Source: Acidobacteriota bacterium
Lineage (GTDB): Bacteria > Acidobacteriota > CAIWXX01
DNA length: 64,000 bases
Assembly (NCBI GenBank): GCA_040755995.1
Contig: JBFMAF010000043.1
Location: 96,001 to 160,000 of the forward strand
Direction: 5' to 3'
In this document: positions 27,967-38,498 of the stretch, in pieces
Numbering within the stretch: position 1 is the stretch's first letter
How the letters are laid out: each line of letters starts with the position of its first letter
Position numbers and translations under genes: made by a program
Notes under the pieces: generated by a model
Database searches by the model: none
Seen by the model: only the letters and a program-made list of their open reading frames with translations
Told to the model about the DNA's origin: nothing

Positions 27967-29433
27967 GTGGAAACAACTCTCGACAAGAGGAAGTTCGTTC
28001 CGATCGTGAGCACGATCGCGTTCGCGGCCTTCATGGTGTCGCTCGATTCCTACATCGTGAACGTATCGCTGCCGTCGATCGCGACCTTCTTCAATGTCTC
28101 CATGAGCAGGGTGACGCTGGTCATCCTCGCCTACATGGTCTCCCTGACCAGCACGACGCTCATCTTTGGAAAGCTGACCGACCGATTCGGGCTGAAAGCG
28201 ATCTTCCTGCTCGGCTACGTCGTATTCTCCATCGGCTCTCTGCTCTGCGGGATCTCCGCGCACCTCCCCATGCTTGTCGCGTCCCGGTTCCTGCAGGGTA
28301 TAGGCGGGTCGATGCTGATCATCGCAGCCTATGCCATCATTCCGCGACAGGTTCCGCACGAGATCAGGGGATGGGCCTTCGCGCGGGTCTCGGTTGTCGC
28401 GGCGTTTGGGGTCACCGTCGGGGCCCCTCTCGGCGGTCTCATCACAGGCTACCTCTCCTGGCACTGGGTCTTCCTGATCAATATCCCTATCGGCATCGCC
28501 GCCGTCATCGTCGGCCGCAGAATCCTGCCGGCGGACCGGCCGCGCGAGACCGAAGAAGCGCGGCCGCCGTTCGACATCCTCGGCGCGCTCCTCAGCTTCC
28601 TGGGGATCTTCGCGATCGTCTACGCTCTCAACAACGGCAGCGAAGAAGGATGGGCATCGCCGAAGATCGTTGCGGGCCTCGTTGTTTTCGCTGTCTCACT
28701 TCTCTCGTTCCTCGTCTGGGAAAAGCGCGCACCCGATCCGTTGCTCGCACTGAGGCTGTTCCGGAACGCGCGTTTCGACCTGATGCTGATCGCCGGCGGC
28801 CTGGCATTTATGGTCGTTGCCGGCAACAATCTTCTGCTGCCGTTCTACCTTGAAATCGACAGGGGGCTGGCTCCACAGCGCACCGGCATAGTCCTGATGC
28901 TCTATTCCATCGCCATCATGATCGTCGGTCCCAAGGCGGGGGCCGCTTCCGACCGGATCAAACCTGCGGTGCTCTGCACGATTGCGATGGGATCGGCCGG
29001 GACGGCCTTCCTCTTCTTCGCGCTCCTCCTCCCGCACCAGAGCCCATGGCCCGCGGTGATCTTCCTTGTGTGGCTGGGCGTGTCTTGTGGCCTCTTCCTC
29101 TCGCCGAACAGCAACCAGGTCATGAGCGAAGCACCTGCCGAGGACCAGGGCGCCGCATCGGGTCTCTTCAACATGGTGATGCGGCTGAGCCTCGTTCTCG
29201 GCGCCTGCATACTCGAAACCGTGTTCTCCGAAGTGGTGCCGCACGGAGCCGGGAGCCTTGCGGCGAGCGACACATCGAGCCAAACCCTGAACCACGGGTT
29301 CGCGCTTGCCTACACCTTGGCCGCAGCGCTGTGCTTCGTTGCGATGGCCGTTTCCCTGATCACCGCGACGCGTGCCCCTGGAAGAGAGGCGACAGCAACA
29401 GCTAAAGATGGATCCAACCTGCCCGCCGGTTGA
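27967..29433 (+). CDS. MFS transporter, DHA2 (EmrB/QacA) family
   Basis: FMVSLDSYIVNVSLP, GKLTDRFG, RFLQGIG, WVFLINIPIG; GAGGAG RBS. Confidence 0.92.
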   Translation: METTLDKRKFVPIVSTIAFAAFMVSLDSYIVNVSLPSIATFFNVSMSRVTLVILAYMVSLTSTTLIFGKLTDRFGLKAIFLLGYVVFSIGSLLCGISAHLPMLVASRFLQGIGGSMLIIAAYAIIPRQVPHEIRGWAFARVSVVAAFGVTVGAPLGGLITGYLSWHWVFLINIPIGIAAVIVGRRILPADRPRETEEARPPFDILGALLSFLGIFAIVYALNNGSEEGWASPKIVAGLVVFAVSLLSFLVWEKRAPDPLLALRLFRNARFDLMLIAGGLAFMVVAGNNLLLPFYLEIDRGLAPQRTGIVLMLYSIAIMIVGPKAGAASDRIKPAVLCTIAMGSAGTAFLFFALLLPHQSPWPAVIFLVWLGVSCGLFLSPNSNQVMSEAPAEDQGAASGLFNMVMRLSLVLGACILETVFSEVVPHGAGSLAASDTSSQTLNHGFALAYTLAAALCFVAMAVSLITATRAPGREATATAKDGSNLPAG

Positions 29434-29488
29434 TCGGGCCGGCCTCTCCTCTCTTGCCTTCGAGCGAACGATCCGGTAACTTACTTCA

Positions 29489-30058
29489 ATGCAATACGAT
29501 CGAGAAGCTGCCTGGAACTTGCTGGCGAGCTGGACCGAGTCTCATGCGCTTCGCAAGCACGCGCTCGCGGTGGAAGCCGCCATGCGCGCCCACGCCCGGC
29601 GCCTCGGCCAGGACGAGGAGGCCTACGGTGTGATCGGGCTCCTGCACGACTTCGACTACGAGCGCTGCCCCACGATGGAGACGCACGTGCGCGAAGGCGC
29701 TCGGGTGCTCCGCGAGCAACGATGGCCCGAGGCGTGGGTGCGTGCTATCGAGGGCCACGCCGACTACACGGGCGTTCCGCGGGATTCCGACATGGCCCGG
29801 TGCCTTTTCGCCGTCGACGAGCTCACCGGGTTCCTGACGGCCGCCGCGCTGGTTCGTCCCGACAAGATGATCGCCAACGTGCAGGTCGAGTCGGTAGTCA
29901 AGAAGATGAAAGACAAGGCCTTCGCGAGGTCCGTGAACCGCGACGATATCAGAAGAGGAGCCGAGGAGATCGGCATGCCTCTGGCCGAGCACATCGCATT
30001 TGTGCGAGACGCAATGGCTACGATTGCAGCCGATCTTGGGCTGGCCGGCCAGGGCTGA
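29489..30058 (+). CDS. HD-domain phosphohydrolase (HDIG type)
   Basis: KHALAVE, LLHDFD, GH, AVDELTG, KDKAFA. Confidence 0.88.
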   Translation: MQYDREAAWNLLASWTESHALRKHALAVEAAMRAHARRLGQDEEAYGVIGLLHDFDYERCPTMETHVREGARVLREQRWPEAWVRAIEGHADYTGVPRDSDMARCLFAVDELTGFLTAAALVRPDKMIANVQVESVVKKMKDKAFARSVNRDDIRRGAEEIGMPLAEHIAFVRDAMATIAADLGLAGQG

Positions 30059-30138
30059 CCGAGGACGGCCCTCTGTCCCAGTCCGGCGTATAGTGAGCGC
30101 GACAGCAACTCGCCAGAGCCCATCAACAGGAGAAACAC

Positions 30139-31386
30139 ATGAGTGAGCTCATCGACAACAAGGCCTATCGAATCCGCACCCTCAAGGAGATCATCAAGCA
30201 TCTGCATGCCGGGCAAGCTCCGGAGCAGGTGAAGCAGCGCCTGAAGGAGCTCGTGAGGGAGACGGACTACGCGGAGATCGCGGCGATGGAGCAGGAGCTG
30301 ATGGCCGAGGGGATGCCGGCCGAAGAGGTGCGATCCATGTGCGATCTGCATTCGCAGGTCACGCGCGAGATCCTGGCGAAACCGCCCGAACGCCATATCC
30401 CGCCCGGCCACCCGATCGACACCTTCAAGATCGAGAACGAGGCGCTCCGCAAGGTGGTCGCATCGATGCGAGCCGCGGTTGCCGGGATCGGCGCGATGCC
30501 CGAAGACGCTCGCCCCGAGAAAGAGCTTCTCCCATGGCGACAGGCGCTGAACGATCTCATGGACGTCGAGAAGCATTACCAGCGCAAGGAGCTGGCCCTT
30601 TTCAGCTGCCTCGAACGACACGGCATCACCGGCCCATCGAAGGTGATGTGGAGCAAGGATGACGAGGTGCGTGGCCTGCTGAAGAGCCTCGCCGAGGCTC
30701 TCCGCGAGGAGGCGACCGCAGGCGAGTGGAAGATCGTCGCGCAGACGGTGGCCGAACCCGCTATGCAGGCGGTCGAGGAGATGATCTACAAGGAGGAGCG
30801 CATTCTGTTCCCGCTGTCGCTCGAGACGCTCACCGAGGATGAGTGGGCGGAGATCTGGAGCGAGTCGCCGAGGTTCGGATGGTGCCTCGTGGAACCGCGC
30901 GAGGGCTACCAGCCGCCCAGGGCGGTGTCGGCCGAGAGAGTGATGCAGCTGCCGGGCGGCGAGGCTGTCATGTTCCCAACGGGCAATCTCACGTTCGATC
31001 AGCTGCTCGCCGTCTTCTCGACCCTGCCCGTGGACCTGACCTTCGTAGACGCCGACGATCGAGTCCGGTATTTCTCCGAAGGACGCGACCGGATCTTCTC
31101 CAGGAGCAAGGCCATCATCGGACGCAAGGTCCAGCACTGCCATCCGCCGCGCAGCGTCTCGGTTGTCGACAAGATCGTCTCCGACTTCCGTTCGGGTAAA
31201 CAGGACGTGGCTGAGTTTTGGATCAACTTTCGGGGGCGCTTCGTCCACATCCGCTACTTCGCCATGCGAGACGGCAAGGGGCAGTACGCGGGCACCCTCG
31301 AGGTCACCCAGGACGTCACGCATATAAGGGCGCTCGACGGCGAGCGGCGTCTTCTCCAGTACGATGAGCCCGAGAAGACCTCATGA
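30139..31386 (+). CDS. DUF438 + hemerythrin + PAS domain protein
   Basis: EQELM, CDLH, GHP, HYQRKE, MWxxDD, MIYKEE, CHPP, LEVTQD. Confidence 0.88.
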   Translation: MSELIDNKAYRIRTLKEIIKHLHAGQAPEQVKQRLKELVRETDYAEIAAMEQELMAEGMPAEEVRSMCDLHSQVTREILAKPPERHIPPGHPIDTFKIENEALRKVVASMRAAVAGIGAMPEDARPEKELLPWRQALNDLMDVEKHYQRKELALFSCLERHGITGPSKVMWSKDDEVRGLLKSLAEALREEATAGEWKIVAQTVAEPAMQAVEEMIYKEERILFPLSLETLTEDEWAEIWSESPRFGWCLVEPREGYQPPRAVSAERVMQLPGGEAVMFPTGNLTFDQLLAVFSTLPVDLTFVDADDRVRYFSEGRDRIFSRSKAIIGRKVQHCHPPRSVSVVDKIVSDFRSGKQDVAEFWINFRGRFVHIRYFAMRDGKGQYAGTLEVTQDVTHIRALDGERRLLQYDEPEKTS

Positions 31387-31913
31387 GCCTCCCCATCACG
31401 CCAGAGACCAAGATCGGCGCAATGCTGGACGCCTACCCGGAGCTGGAAGACAGGCTGATCGCCTGGGTCCCCGAGTTCAAGAAGCTGAAGAACCCGGTTC
31501 TGCGCAGGACGATCGCCAAGGTCGCAACGCTCGAGCAGGCCGCGAAAGTCGCAGGGATCAGCGTCCGTGGGCTGGTAGGGATGCTGAGAGAGGCAGCCGG
31601 CCAGGAGCCCGCCCGCGAAGGACCGGACCGCGATGATGCCGGATCGCCAGCGGAAGAGCCGCCGCTGTGGCTCGACCACCAGAAAGTCACGCGGACTATC
31701 GATGCCGACGCCATAATCGCGGCGGGACAGCACCCGCTCGGCGACGTCCGCCGCGCTCTGACAGTACTCGCTCCCGGCCACATCCTTCGGCTGCGCAGCG
31801 GCTTCCGGCCCGTTCCGCTGATCGAGAGCCTCGCGCGGGAAGGCTTCGACACATTCTCGATCCGGGAACCCGGCGGGGAGTTCTCCACGTATATCAGGAA
31901 GAGCGACGGCTGA
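31383..31913 (+). CDS. DUF1858 + DUF2249-like protein
   Basis: ITPETKI..LLD.YP, LKNPVLR.T, HP, F.PVPL; ATGA overlap with the upstream gene. Confidence 0.8.
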   Translation: MSLPITPETKIGAMLDAYPELEDRLIAWVPEFKKLKNPVLRRTIAKVATLEQAAKVAGISVRGLVGMLREAAGQEPAREGPDRDDAGSPAEEPPLWLDHQKVTRTIDADAIIAAGQHPLGDVRRALTVLAPGHILRLRSGFRPVPLIESLAREGFDTFSIREPGGEFSTYIRKSDG

Positions 31914-32025
31914 GCCGCGCGCAGGGAACGGATCACAACCGACACCCCCTCCCGCGGGCACGACCGGGCGCTCGCCGTCGGAACAGCCGCGGGACCGGGC
32001 ATTGAGGACTGGCGAAAAAAAGTGC

Positions 32026-32083
32026 TTGACAGGGTCGGCCCGCTAGGTATACTTACCGATCGGTAGGATGGACCGGTAGGTAG
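32026..32083 (+). promoter_or_regulatory. sigma70 promoter and TetR-type operator
   Basis: TTGACA-N16-TATACT followed by the perfect palindrome TACCGATCGGTA (32054-32065) and a degenerate copy GACCGGTAGGTA. Confidence 0.75.
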
Positions 32084-32096
32084 ACTGGAGGAACAG

Positions 32097-32726
32097 ATGA
32101 ACAGAGAGCAGGCCGGCGGGACGGCCCTCGGGCCGGGGGCGCGGGAGCGGCTGCTTGCGTGCGCCCTGGAGCTTTTTGCCCGAAAGGGGTACGCGGCCAC
32201 AACCGTGCGGGAGATCGTCCAGGCGGCAAACGTGGCCAAGCCTGTGCTGTACTACTACTTCCGAAACAAAGAGGGCATCTACATCGAGCTGATGCGGAGC
32301 GCCTTTGTGAAGTTCGAGGCGGTTGTCGACGAATCCACGCAGGAGCCGGCGCCGGCCGGGGACCGCATCCTGCGCCTCTGCGACAGGGTGTTCGCCCTGT
32401 TCCTGGAGAACGTGGAGCTGGCTCGCGTGATGAACTCGGTCTACTACGGGCCGCCCCAGGGGGCGCCCTTCTTTGACTTCGAGGTGTACCACAGGAAATT
32501 CCAGGATGCGACCACCGCGTTGGTCTCCCAGGGGATGAGGTCGGGCGAGTTTCGCAAGGGCAGTGTCGATGACGCGGCACTGGCCATCATCGGAGCGTTA
32601 AATATCGCCATGGAGATGCGGCTGTGCCATCCCGAGGTCGAGCTGGGCCGGCGCGGACTGGCGCGAATTCTGAGAGTGATCTTCGAGGGCGTCCGAAGGC
32701 GGGAACGGAAAGGAGCACGACGATGA
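32097..32726 (+). CDS. TetR/AcrR family regulator
   Basis: LFARKGYAATTVREI...VAKPVLYYYFRNKE HTH. Confidence 0.95.
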   Translation: MNREQAGGTALGPGARERLLACALELFARKGYAATTVREIVQAANVAKPVLYYYFRNKEGIYIELMRSAFVKFEAVVDESTQEPAPAGDRILRLCDRVFALFLENVELARVMNSVYYGPPQGAPFFDFEVYHRKFQDATTALVSQGMRSGEFRKGSVDDAALAIIGALNIAMEMRLCHPEVELGRRGLARILRVIFEGVRRRERKGARR

Positions 32727-33925
32727 GCGCATGTGGCGTGTGCAATGCCGACAAAATGAGAACAGGACGCAAGCTGATCGGGCTGGCGGTGCTGCTGGCT
32801 GCCGGCGCAGGCCTTTGGAGCTGCGGCAACAAGGCGGATGCGGAGAAGAACGGCGGGCTCTCGGCGACCCGGCCGGCCGTAGCCGTCGACCTGCTGCGAC
32901 TGAGCCCCACGGCGCTCAGTGAGGGGGTCGACGTCGTCGGAAATCTCACACCGAAGTTCCAGGCGGAAGTGAAGACCGAGTACACGGGCATCGTCGTGGA
33001 TGTGTACGTGACGGAATGGGTGCGCGTGCGCAAGGGCGACGAGCTGGCGAAGCTCGACACGCGCGAAGCCGACCTGATCCTGCAGAAGGCCCAGGCCGCC
33101 GCCGAGGTCGCGCAGGCCAGTCTGCTGGAGGCCGAGGTGGCGCGGACCCGCGCCGACCGCGAATACGATCGCGCTGAGAAGCTCAAGGAGGTCGGGCTGA
33201 TGACTCAGCAGGGCCTCGATGAGGCGCGCAGCGTTCGCGACGCCGCCGTGGCCCGCGTGAATGCGGCCCGGGCGCAGTCGAATGCGGCGGAAGAGGACGT
33301 GAAGCACGCCCGAACCAGGCTTGACAAGGCCGTCATCCGAGCCCCGATGGACGGTGTCGTGGCGCTGCGAGATGTCAACGTCGGCGATCTCGTCGAGAAC
33401 ATGGGATCGCCGAAGCCCATGTTCCGCATCGTCGACAACCGGCTGCTGGATCTGACGGTGACAGTGCCGTCGAAGGACATCGCCGGCGTCCGGGTGGGCC
33501 AGAGGCTCGTATTCTCCACGGATGCCCTGCCGGGCAAGGAGTTTGAAGGCAAGGTCATGTTCATCAACCCGGCGGTCGACGAGACCGACCGATCGGTGAA
33601 GATCGTGGCGCAGGTCAACAATGTGCCCGAGCTGCTCAGAGGAGGCCTGTTCGTGAAGGGGCGCATCGTCGCCCGCGAGCGGCCGGACGTCCTGCAGGTG
33701 CCGCGCACCGCGCTGCTAGGATGGGACGTCACCGCGAAGACCGGGCAGGTCTACGTGGTCCAGGGAGACGTCGCGCACCGGCGGACGGTCGAGACCGGGA
33801 GTGCCTCTGGGGACCGAGTCGAGGTCACACGGGGCTTGAAGGCGGGCGATGTGCTGGTGGTCCGCGGCGGGTTCAACCTGCGGGACGGCGACACGGTGAA
33901 GGTAGCCGGCCGGATCGGAGGTTGA
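32723..33925 (+). CDS. RND efflux periplasmic adaptor (MFP)
   Basis: Lipoyl/coiled-coil architecture, IRAPMDGVV, lipobox-like LWSC; the start may instead be 32757. Confidence 0.92.
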   Translation: MSACGVCNADKMRTGRKLIGLAVLLAAGAGLWSCGNKADAEKNGGLSATRPAVAVDLLRLSPTALSEGVDVVGNLTPKFQAEVKTEYTGIVVDVYVTEWVRVRKGDELAKLDTREADLILQKAQAAAEVAQASLLEAEVARTRADREYDRAEKLKEVGLMTQQGLDEARSVRDAAVARVNAARAQSNAAEEDVKHARTRLDKAVIRAPMDGVVALRDVNVGDLVENMGSPKPMFRIVDNRLLDLTVTVPSKDIAGVRVGQRLVFSTDALPGKEFEGKVMFINPAVDETDRSVKIVAQVNNVPELLRGGLFVKGRIVARERPDVLQVPRTALLGWDVTAKTGQVYVVQGDVAHRRTVETGSASGDRVEVTRGLKAGDVLVVRGGFNLRDGDTVKVAGRIGG

Positions 33926-33929
33926 GGCG

Positions 33930-36900
33930 ATGTTTCTTTCGAACCTGTCGATCAAGCGTCCCGTCTTCGCCACCGTGCTGATGCTGGCCCTCGTGACTCT
34001 GGGCATCTTCTCCTACCGGCGGCTGGCGATAGACATGTTCCCGGACGTCGAGATCCCGTACATCCAGATTGTCACGATCTTCCCGGGCGCCTCTCCGGAG
34101 TCCGTGGAACGCGAGGTGACGAAGCGGATAGAGGAGGCCGTCAACCCGATCTCCGGCGTAAAGCACGTCATGTCGAGCTCGCGCGAGGGGGTCTCCAGCG
34201 TTTGGGTGCAATTCCAGCTCGAGATCAAGGTCAACGATGCCGCGCAGGACGTGAAGAGCAAGATCAACACCATCCGCGGCGATCTGCCTCTCCTCATCGA
34301 GGAGCCGATCATCAACAAGGTGGACATCGCGGGGATGCCTATCGTGTCGCTGGCCGTGAGATCGACCAACCTGTCGGCGAGGGAGATTACTACTCTTGTC
34401 GAAAAGAAGGTGAAGCGCCGCCTGGAGAACCTGCCGGGTGTGGGCAAGGTGGACCTGGTGGGCACGTCAAAGCGCGAGGTCAATGTCAACATCGACCCGG
34501 TCCGCCTTCAGGCCCTCGGCATGGGTGTCGACGAGGTGATCGCGGGGCTGCAATCGGAGAACGTGAACACACCGCTCGGGCGGCTCACGCGCGAGGGCAC
34601 GGAATACCCCTTGCGGGTATCCGGAAAGCCGGCCATGGTCGACGAGTTTCACGCAATGGTGGTCTCGGAGCGCAACGGCCGCCCGGTCATGCTCGGAGAG
34701 GTGGCCGAGGTGGTGGACGGCATCGAGGAGCAGAGGTCGCTCGCCCTGGTCAACGGCGTCCCGGCGGTCGGGATCGATATCCTGAAACAGTCGAAGGCCA
34801 ACACGGTCGGCGTCGCCGACGCCGTGAAGGAGGAGGTCGGGAAGCTGCAAGAGGAGCTCCCGGCGGGAACCAACATCGAAATCGTCCGTGACGCCTCGAT
34901 CTGGATCCGGGACTCGGTTGCCGACATTCAGGAGACGCTGATCCTTGGCGGCATCCTGACGATCCTCATCGTCTTCTGCTTCCTGAATTCCTGGCGATCG
35001 ACGGTGATCACCGGCCTCACGCTTCCGATCTCGGTCATCTCGTCGTTCATCATCATGAACTTCGCCGGAATGACGATCAACGTGATGACGCTCATGGCGC
35101 TGTCTCTCGCCATCGGCCTCCTTATCGACGATGCCATCGTTGTGCGGGAAAACATCGTGCGGCACCTGGAGCGCGGGGAGGACCACTTCAAGGCGGCGCG
35201 CGAGGGCACGAGCGAGATCGGCCTGGCCGTTCTGGCCACGACGTTTTCCATCATCGCGGTGTTCGTTCCTGTCGCTTACATGAAGGGCATCGTCGGCCGG
35301 TTCTTCTTCCAGTTCGGGTTCACGGTGGCCTTCGCGGTGCTCGTGTCGCTTTTCGTCTCGTTCACGCTCGACCCGATGCTCTCATCGCGCTGGTACGACC
35401 CGGACATCGAGCGCAAGGGGAAGCGCCACATCATTGCCCGCATCCTGGATCGATTCAACGGCTGGTTTGACAGCACCGCCGACCGGTATAAGTTGCTGAT
35501 CGCCTGGGCGCTCGACCATCGCCGGGCGGTGCTCCTGATGGCGACGATCGCCTTCCTGGCCGGGGTGGGCGTGTTCTTCTCGCTCGAGACGACCTTCTTC
35601 GAGCTGGTCGACGCTGCGGAGTTCGACATATGGTTCACATCGGCACCCGACGCCTCCCTCGGGGAAACCCGGGGGCGCATGGAGACGGTGCTGAAGAACG
35701 TCGGCCAACTGCCCGAGGTCGAGTTGACCTACGCCACCATCGGGGCCGGCGACACCGGCACGGTGCGCGATGCGAGAGTATACGTGAGACTTGTCGACCG
35801 GAACGAGCGGAAGCGCCGCCAAGAGGCGGTTCAGCGGGACGTCCGGGAACGGCTTATGAAGATCCCTGGTATCCGCGCGTCAATCGTCGAGGCCGGCCGG
35901 ATGGATCAGATGAAGCCGCTTCAGGTGAACGTGCGCGGTGAGGATCTGGGCCTGTTGAAGCTGTATGGCACGCAGCTCAAGGACGAGATCTATCGAATAT
36001 CCGGCATCGTGGACCTGGACATGACTCTGGAACAGGACATTCCAGAGTTCAGGCTGACGGTGGATCGGGAGCGGGCGCAGGACGCCGGCGTCATGACGTC
36101 CGACATCGTGCGCACCGTGGGCGCGCTCATCGGCGGGCAAGCGGTCACGACGTACGAGGACGAAGACGGCGACGCCGTGGACGTCCGGGTCCGCCTGCCT
36201 GAGGCGTTGAGGCAGAGCCCCGAGCAGGTCACGAACCTGCGGATCGCCGTGAATCGATTCGACGAGCCTCCGGCGCTGATCCCACTGCTCGATCTGGTCT
36301 CGTACCAGATGGCCGCCACACCCTCCGAGATCAACCGGCAGGACCTCAGCCGGCAGGTGGTCATCTCCGCATGTCTCGACGGTTTGCCCACCGGGACTGC
36401 GGACGCCAAGGTGCAGCAGGCCGCATCGCGCCTGAAGATGGCGCCTGGGTACCGGGTGGTGCTCTCGGGCGAGACGGAAGACATGAAAGAGTCATTCGAA
36501 TACATGGCCGAGGCGTTGCTGATGGCGATCATCTTCGTCTACCTCATACTGGCCGCGCAGTTCGAGTCGTTCATCGACCCGCTCGTCATCATGCTCTCGC
36601 TGCCGCTCTCGATCGTCGGCATGGCCGTGCTGCTGCTGTTCACCGGCGACACCATCAACATCATGTCGCTCATAGGGCTGATCATGCTGATGGGATTGGT
36701 GACAAAGAACGCCATCCTGCTAGTGGACTACACCAAGGTGCTGCGCGGCCGTGGAATGGAACGGCGCGAGGCGATCATCACCGCCGGGCGCACGCGGTTG
36801 CGCCCGATCATGATGACCACCCTCGCGATGATCTTCGGCATGCTGCCCGTAGCGCTTGCGATAGGGAGCGGAGCCGAGATGCGGGCGCCGATGGCGCGAG

Positions 36901-37031
36901 CGGTGATCGGAGGGCTTCTCACTTCGACACTGCTGACGCTTCTGGTGGTGCCGGTCGTCTACACCGTCGCCGACGACATCACGACGTGGCTGCGCAGACG
37001 GTGGGCGGGCGGCAAGGAGGTGCACGCGTGA
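33930..37031 (+). CDS. RND efflux permease (AcrB/HAE1 family)
   Basis: IKRPV, GLLIDDAIVVREN, KNAILLVD, RLRPIMMT; 1033 aa. Confidence 0.96.
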   Translation: MFLSNLSIKRPVFATVLMLALVTLGIFSYRRLAIDMFPDVEIPYIQIVTIFPGASPESVEREVTKRIEEAVNPISGVKHVMSSSREGVSSVWVQFQLEIKVNDAAQDVKSKINTIRGDLPLLIEEPIINKVDIAGMPIVSLAVRSTNLSAREITTLVEKKVKRRLENLPGVGKVDLVGTSKREVNVNIDPVRLQALGMGVDEVIAGLQSENVNTPLGRLTREGTEYPLRVSGKPAMVDEFHAMVVSERNGRPVMLGEVAEVVDGIEEQRSLALVNGVPAVGIDILKQSKANTVGVADAVKEEVGKLQEELPAGTNIEIVRDASIWIRDSVADIQETLILGGILTILIVFCFLNSWRSTVITGLTLPISVISSFIIMNFAGMTINVMTLMALSLAIGLLIDDAIVVRENIVRHLERGEDHFKAAREGTSEIGLAVLATTFSIIAVFVPVAYMKGIVGRFFFQFGFTVAFAVLVSLFVSFTLDPMLSSRWYDPDIERKGKRHIIARILDRFNGWFDSTADRYKLLIAWALDHRRAVLLMATIAFLAGVGVFFSLETTFFELVDAAEFDIWFTSAPDASLGETRGRMETVLKNVGQLPEVELTYATIGAGDTGTVRDARVYVRLVDRNERKRRQEAVQRDVRERLMKIPGIRASIVEAGRMDQMKPLQVNVRGEDLGLLKLYGTQLKDEIYRISGIVDLDMTLEQDIPEFRLTVDRERAQDAGVMTSDIVRTVGALIGGQAVTTYEDEDGDAVDVRVRLPEALRQSPEQVTNLRIAVNRFDEPPALIPLLDLVSYQMAATPSEINRQDLSRQVVISACLDGLPTGTADAKVQQAASRLKMAPGYRVVLSGETEDMKESFEYMAEALLMAIIFVYLILAAQFESFIDPLVIMLSLPLSIVGMAVLLLFTGDTINIMSLIGLIMLMGLVTKNAILLVDYTKVLRGRGMERREAIITAGRTRLRPIMMTTLAMIFGMLPVALAIGSGAEMRAPMARAVIGGLLTSTLLTLLVVPVVYTVADDITTWLRRRWAGGKEVHA

Positions 37032-38377
37032 TGAAGAAAGTTGACAGTTGTCAGTTGTCAGTTGTCAGCACGATGATGGCGGCTATCCTGGCAACGGGGG
37101 GGCTGGTGATGGCCGCGTCGCTGGAGGCACCGGCGGTGCAGACGCAGCCGTTGCGAGTGCTGGAGCTGGACCAGGCTTTGCAGATCGCGGTGGATCAGAA
37201 CCGCGATATCCAGAAGGCATTGCAGTACCGGAAACAGGTAGAGGGGATATATATGCAGGAACGAGCGGCAGCATTGCCAGAGTTCACGCTCCACCTGAGC
37301 GGCTGGCGGGAGGGCGATGAGAGCCAGAAGGTATTCGGCGGCGGCATCTTCCCGCTCGAGCGAGACATGCGGATCGCCGAGGTTTCGCTCTCGCAGACGC
37401 TGTTTTCGTGGGGCAAGGTGGGAGCGGCCATACGGGCGGCGAAGGTGGGTCTGGCCACCGCCGACGATCAACTGCGTATCTTCAAGCAAGCTGCGATCCA
37501 TGACGTCAGCTCCGCGTTCTACGATGTGCTGCTCGCCAAGGAGCTGCATGAGCTGGCCGTCCAGGATCACGACCAGAAGGTGCGCCACCTTGACGAGGCC
37601 CGGCGCAAGTACACGGCAGGTGTGGCGACCGACTACGACGTGCTGGCGGCGGAGGTGACGGTGCAGAACGCGCGGCCCGAGGTCATCCGGACGGAGAACC
37701 AGATCAAGGTGGCGCGCGAGCGCCTGCGGTTCCTGCTGGCAGTCGATGATACCGAAGTCGATTGTACGGGGACGCTCGACAGCCCCATTGCCGACTACCC
37801 GACCTACGATGTGATGTTGCCTCTGGCCCTCGAGAGACGGCCGGACCTCTCGGACCAGCGGCACCGAGTGGGCGTCTATCACGAGCTCGTGAAGATAGCC
37901 AACGCCGACGACAAGCCCCGTATCGACCTGCGCGGCGCGTACGGTTGGAGAGAGATGAAGTTCGGGAGCATACACGGCGACGGCAGGGCCTGGTCGGCGG
38001 GGCTCTACCTCACGTTCCCGTTCTTCGACGGCATGCGCACGCGCGGGGCCGTGACGCGGGCTCGGGCCGACCTGGCCACCGCCGAAATAGACGAAGCGAA
38101 GCTCAGGGACTCGATCGCACTGGAAGTGCGCGATGCGGTCAACGCCGTGAGACAGGCCGGTGAGATCGTGAAGGCGCTCTCGGGCACCGTGGCTCAGGCC
38201 GAACGGCTTCTGCAGATGGCGGAAAAGGGATACGAGTACGGTGCCATGACTAGGCTCGAAGTCGAAGACGCCGAGACAAACGTAGTGCAGGCCAAGGGCA
38301 ATCTCTCGATCGCGCAGCGGGGCTACCTGGTGGCTCTCGCAGGGCTTGGTCGGGCAACAGGGACGCTCGGGGAGTGA
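37031..38377 (+). CDS. TolC family outer membrane efflux protein
   Basis: Two OEP repeats; PFFDG; operon position; start at 37031 or 37073. Confidence 0.92.
   Translation: MKKVDSCQLSVVSTMMAAILATGGLVMAASLEAPAVQTQPLRVLELDQALQIAVDQNRDIQKALQYRKQVEGIYMQERAAALPEFTLHLSGWREGDESQKVFGGGIFPLERDMRIAEVSLSQTLFSWGKVGAAIRAAKVGLATADDQLRIFKQAAIHDVSSAFYDVLLAKELHELAVQDHDQKVRHLDEARRKYTAGVATDYDVLAAEVTVQNARPEVIRTENQIKVARERLRFLLAVDDTEVDCTGTLDSPIADYPTYDVMLPLALERRPDLSDQRHRVGVYHELVKIANADDKPRIDLRGAYGWREMKFGSIHGDGRAWSAGLYLTFPFFDGMRTRGAVTRARADLATAEIDEAKLRDSIALEVRDAVNAVRQAGEIVKALSGTVAQAERLLQMAEKGYEYGAMTRLEVEDAETNVVQAKGNLSIAQRGYLVALAGLGRATGTLGE
37039..37068. repeat. Heptamer tandem repeat AGTTG(A/T)C x4
   Basis: AGTTGAC AGTTGTC AGTTGTC AGTTGTC AG. 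Confidence 0.9.
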
Positions 38378-38472
38378 GTAGGCAGTTGCTAATTGACGGT
38401 TGTCAGTTGACAGTTCGGTGACACGCCGCTGACGGTGGTTGCCCACCTACTGACAACTGACAACCGACAACT
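38377..38472. repeat. Inverted pair of heptamer tandem arrays
   Basis: Forward units at 38377-38415; reverse units ACTGACA ACTGACA ACCGACA ACT at 38449-38472. Confidence 0.85.
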
Positions 38473-38498
38473 TTGGCGGGTGAGGCGAGGAGGAAAGC

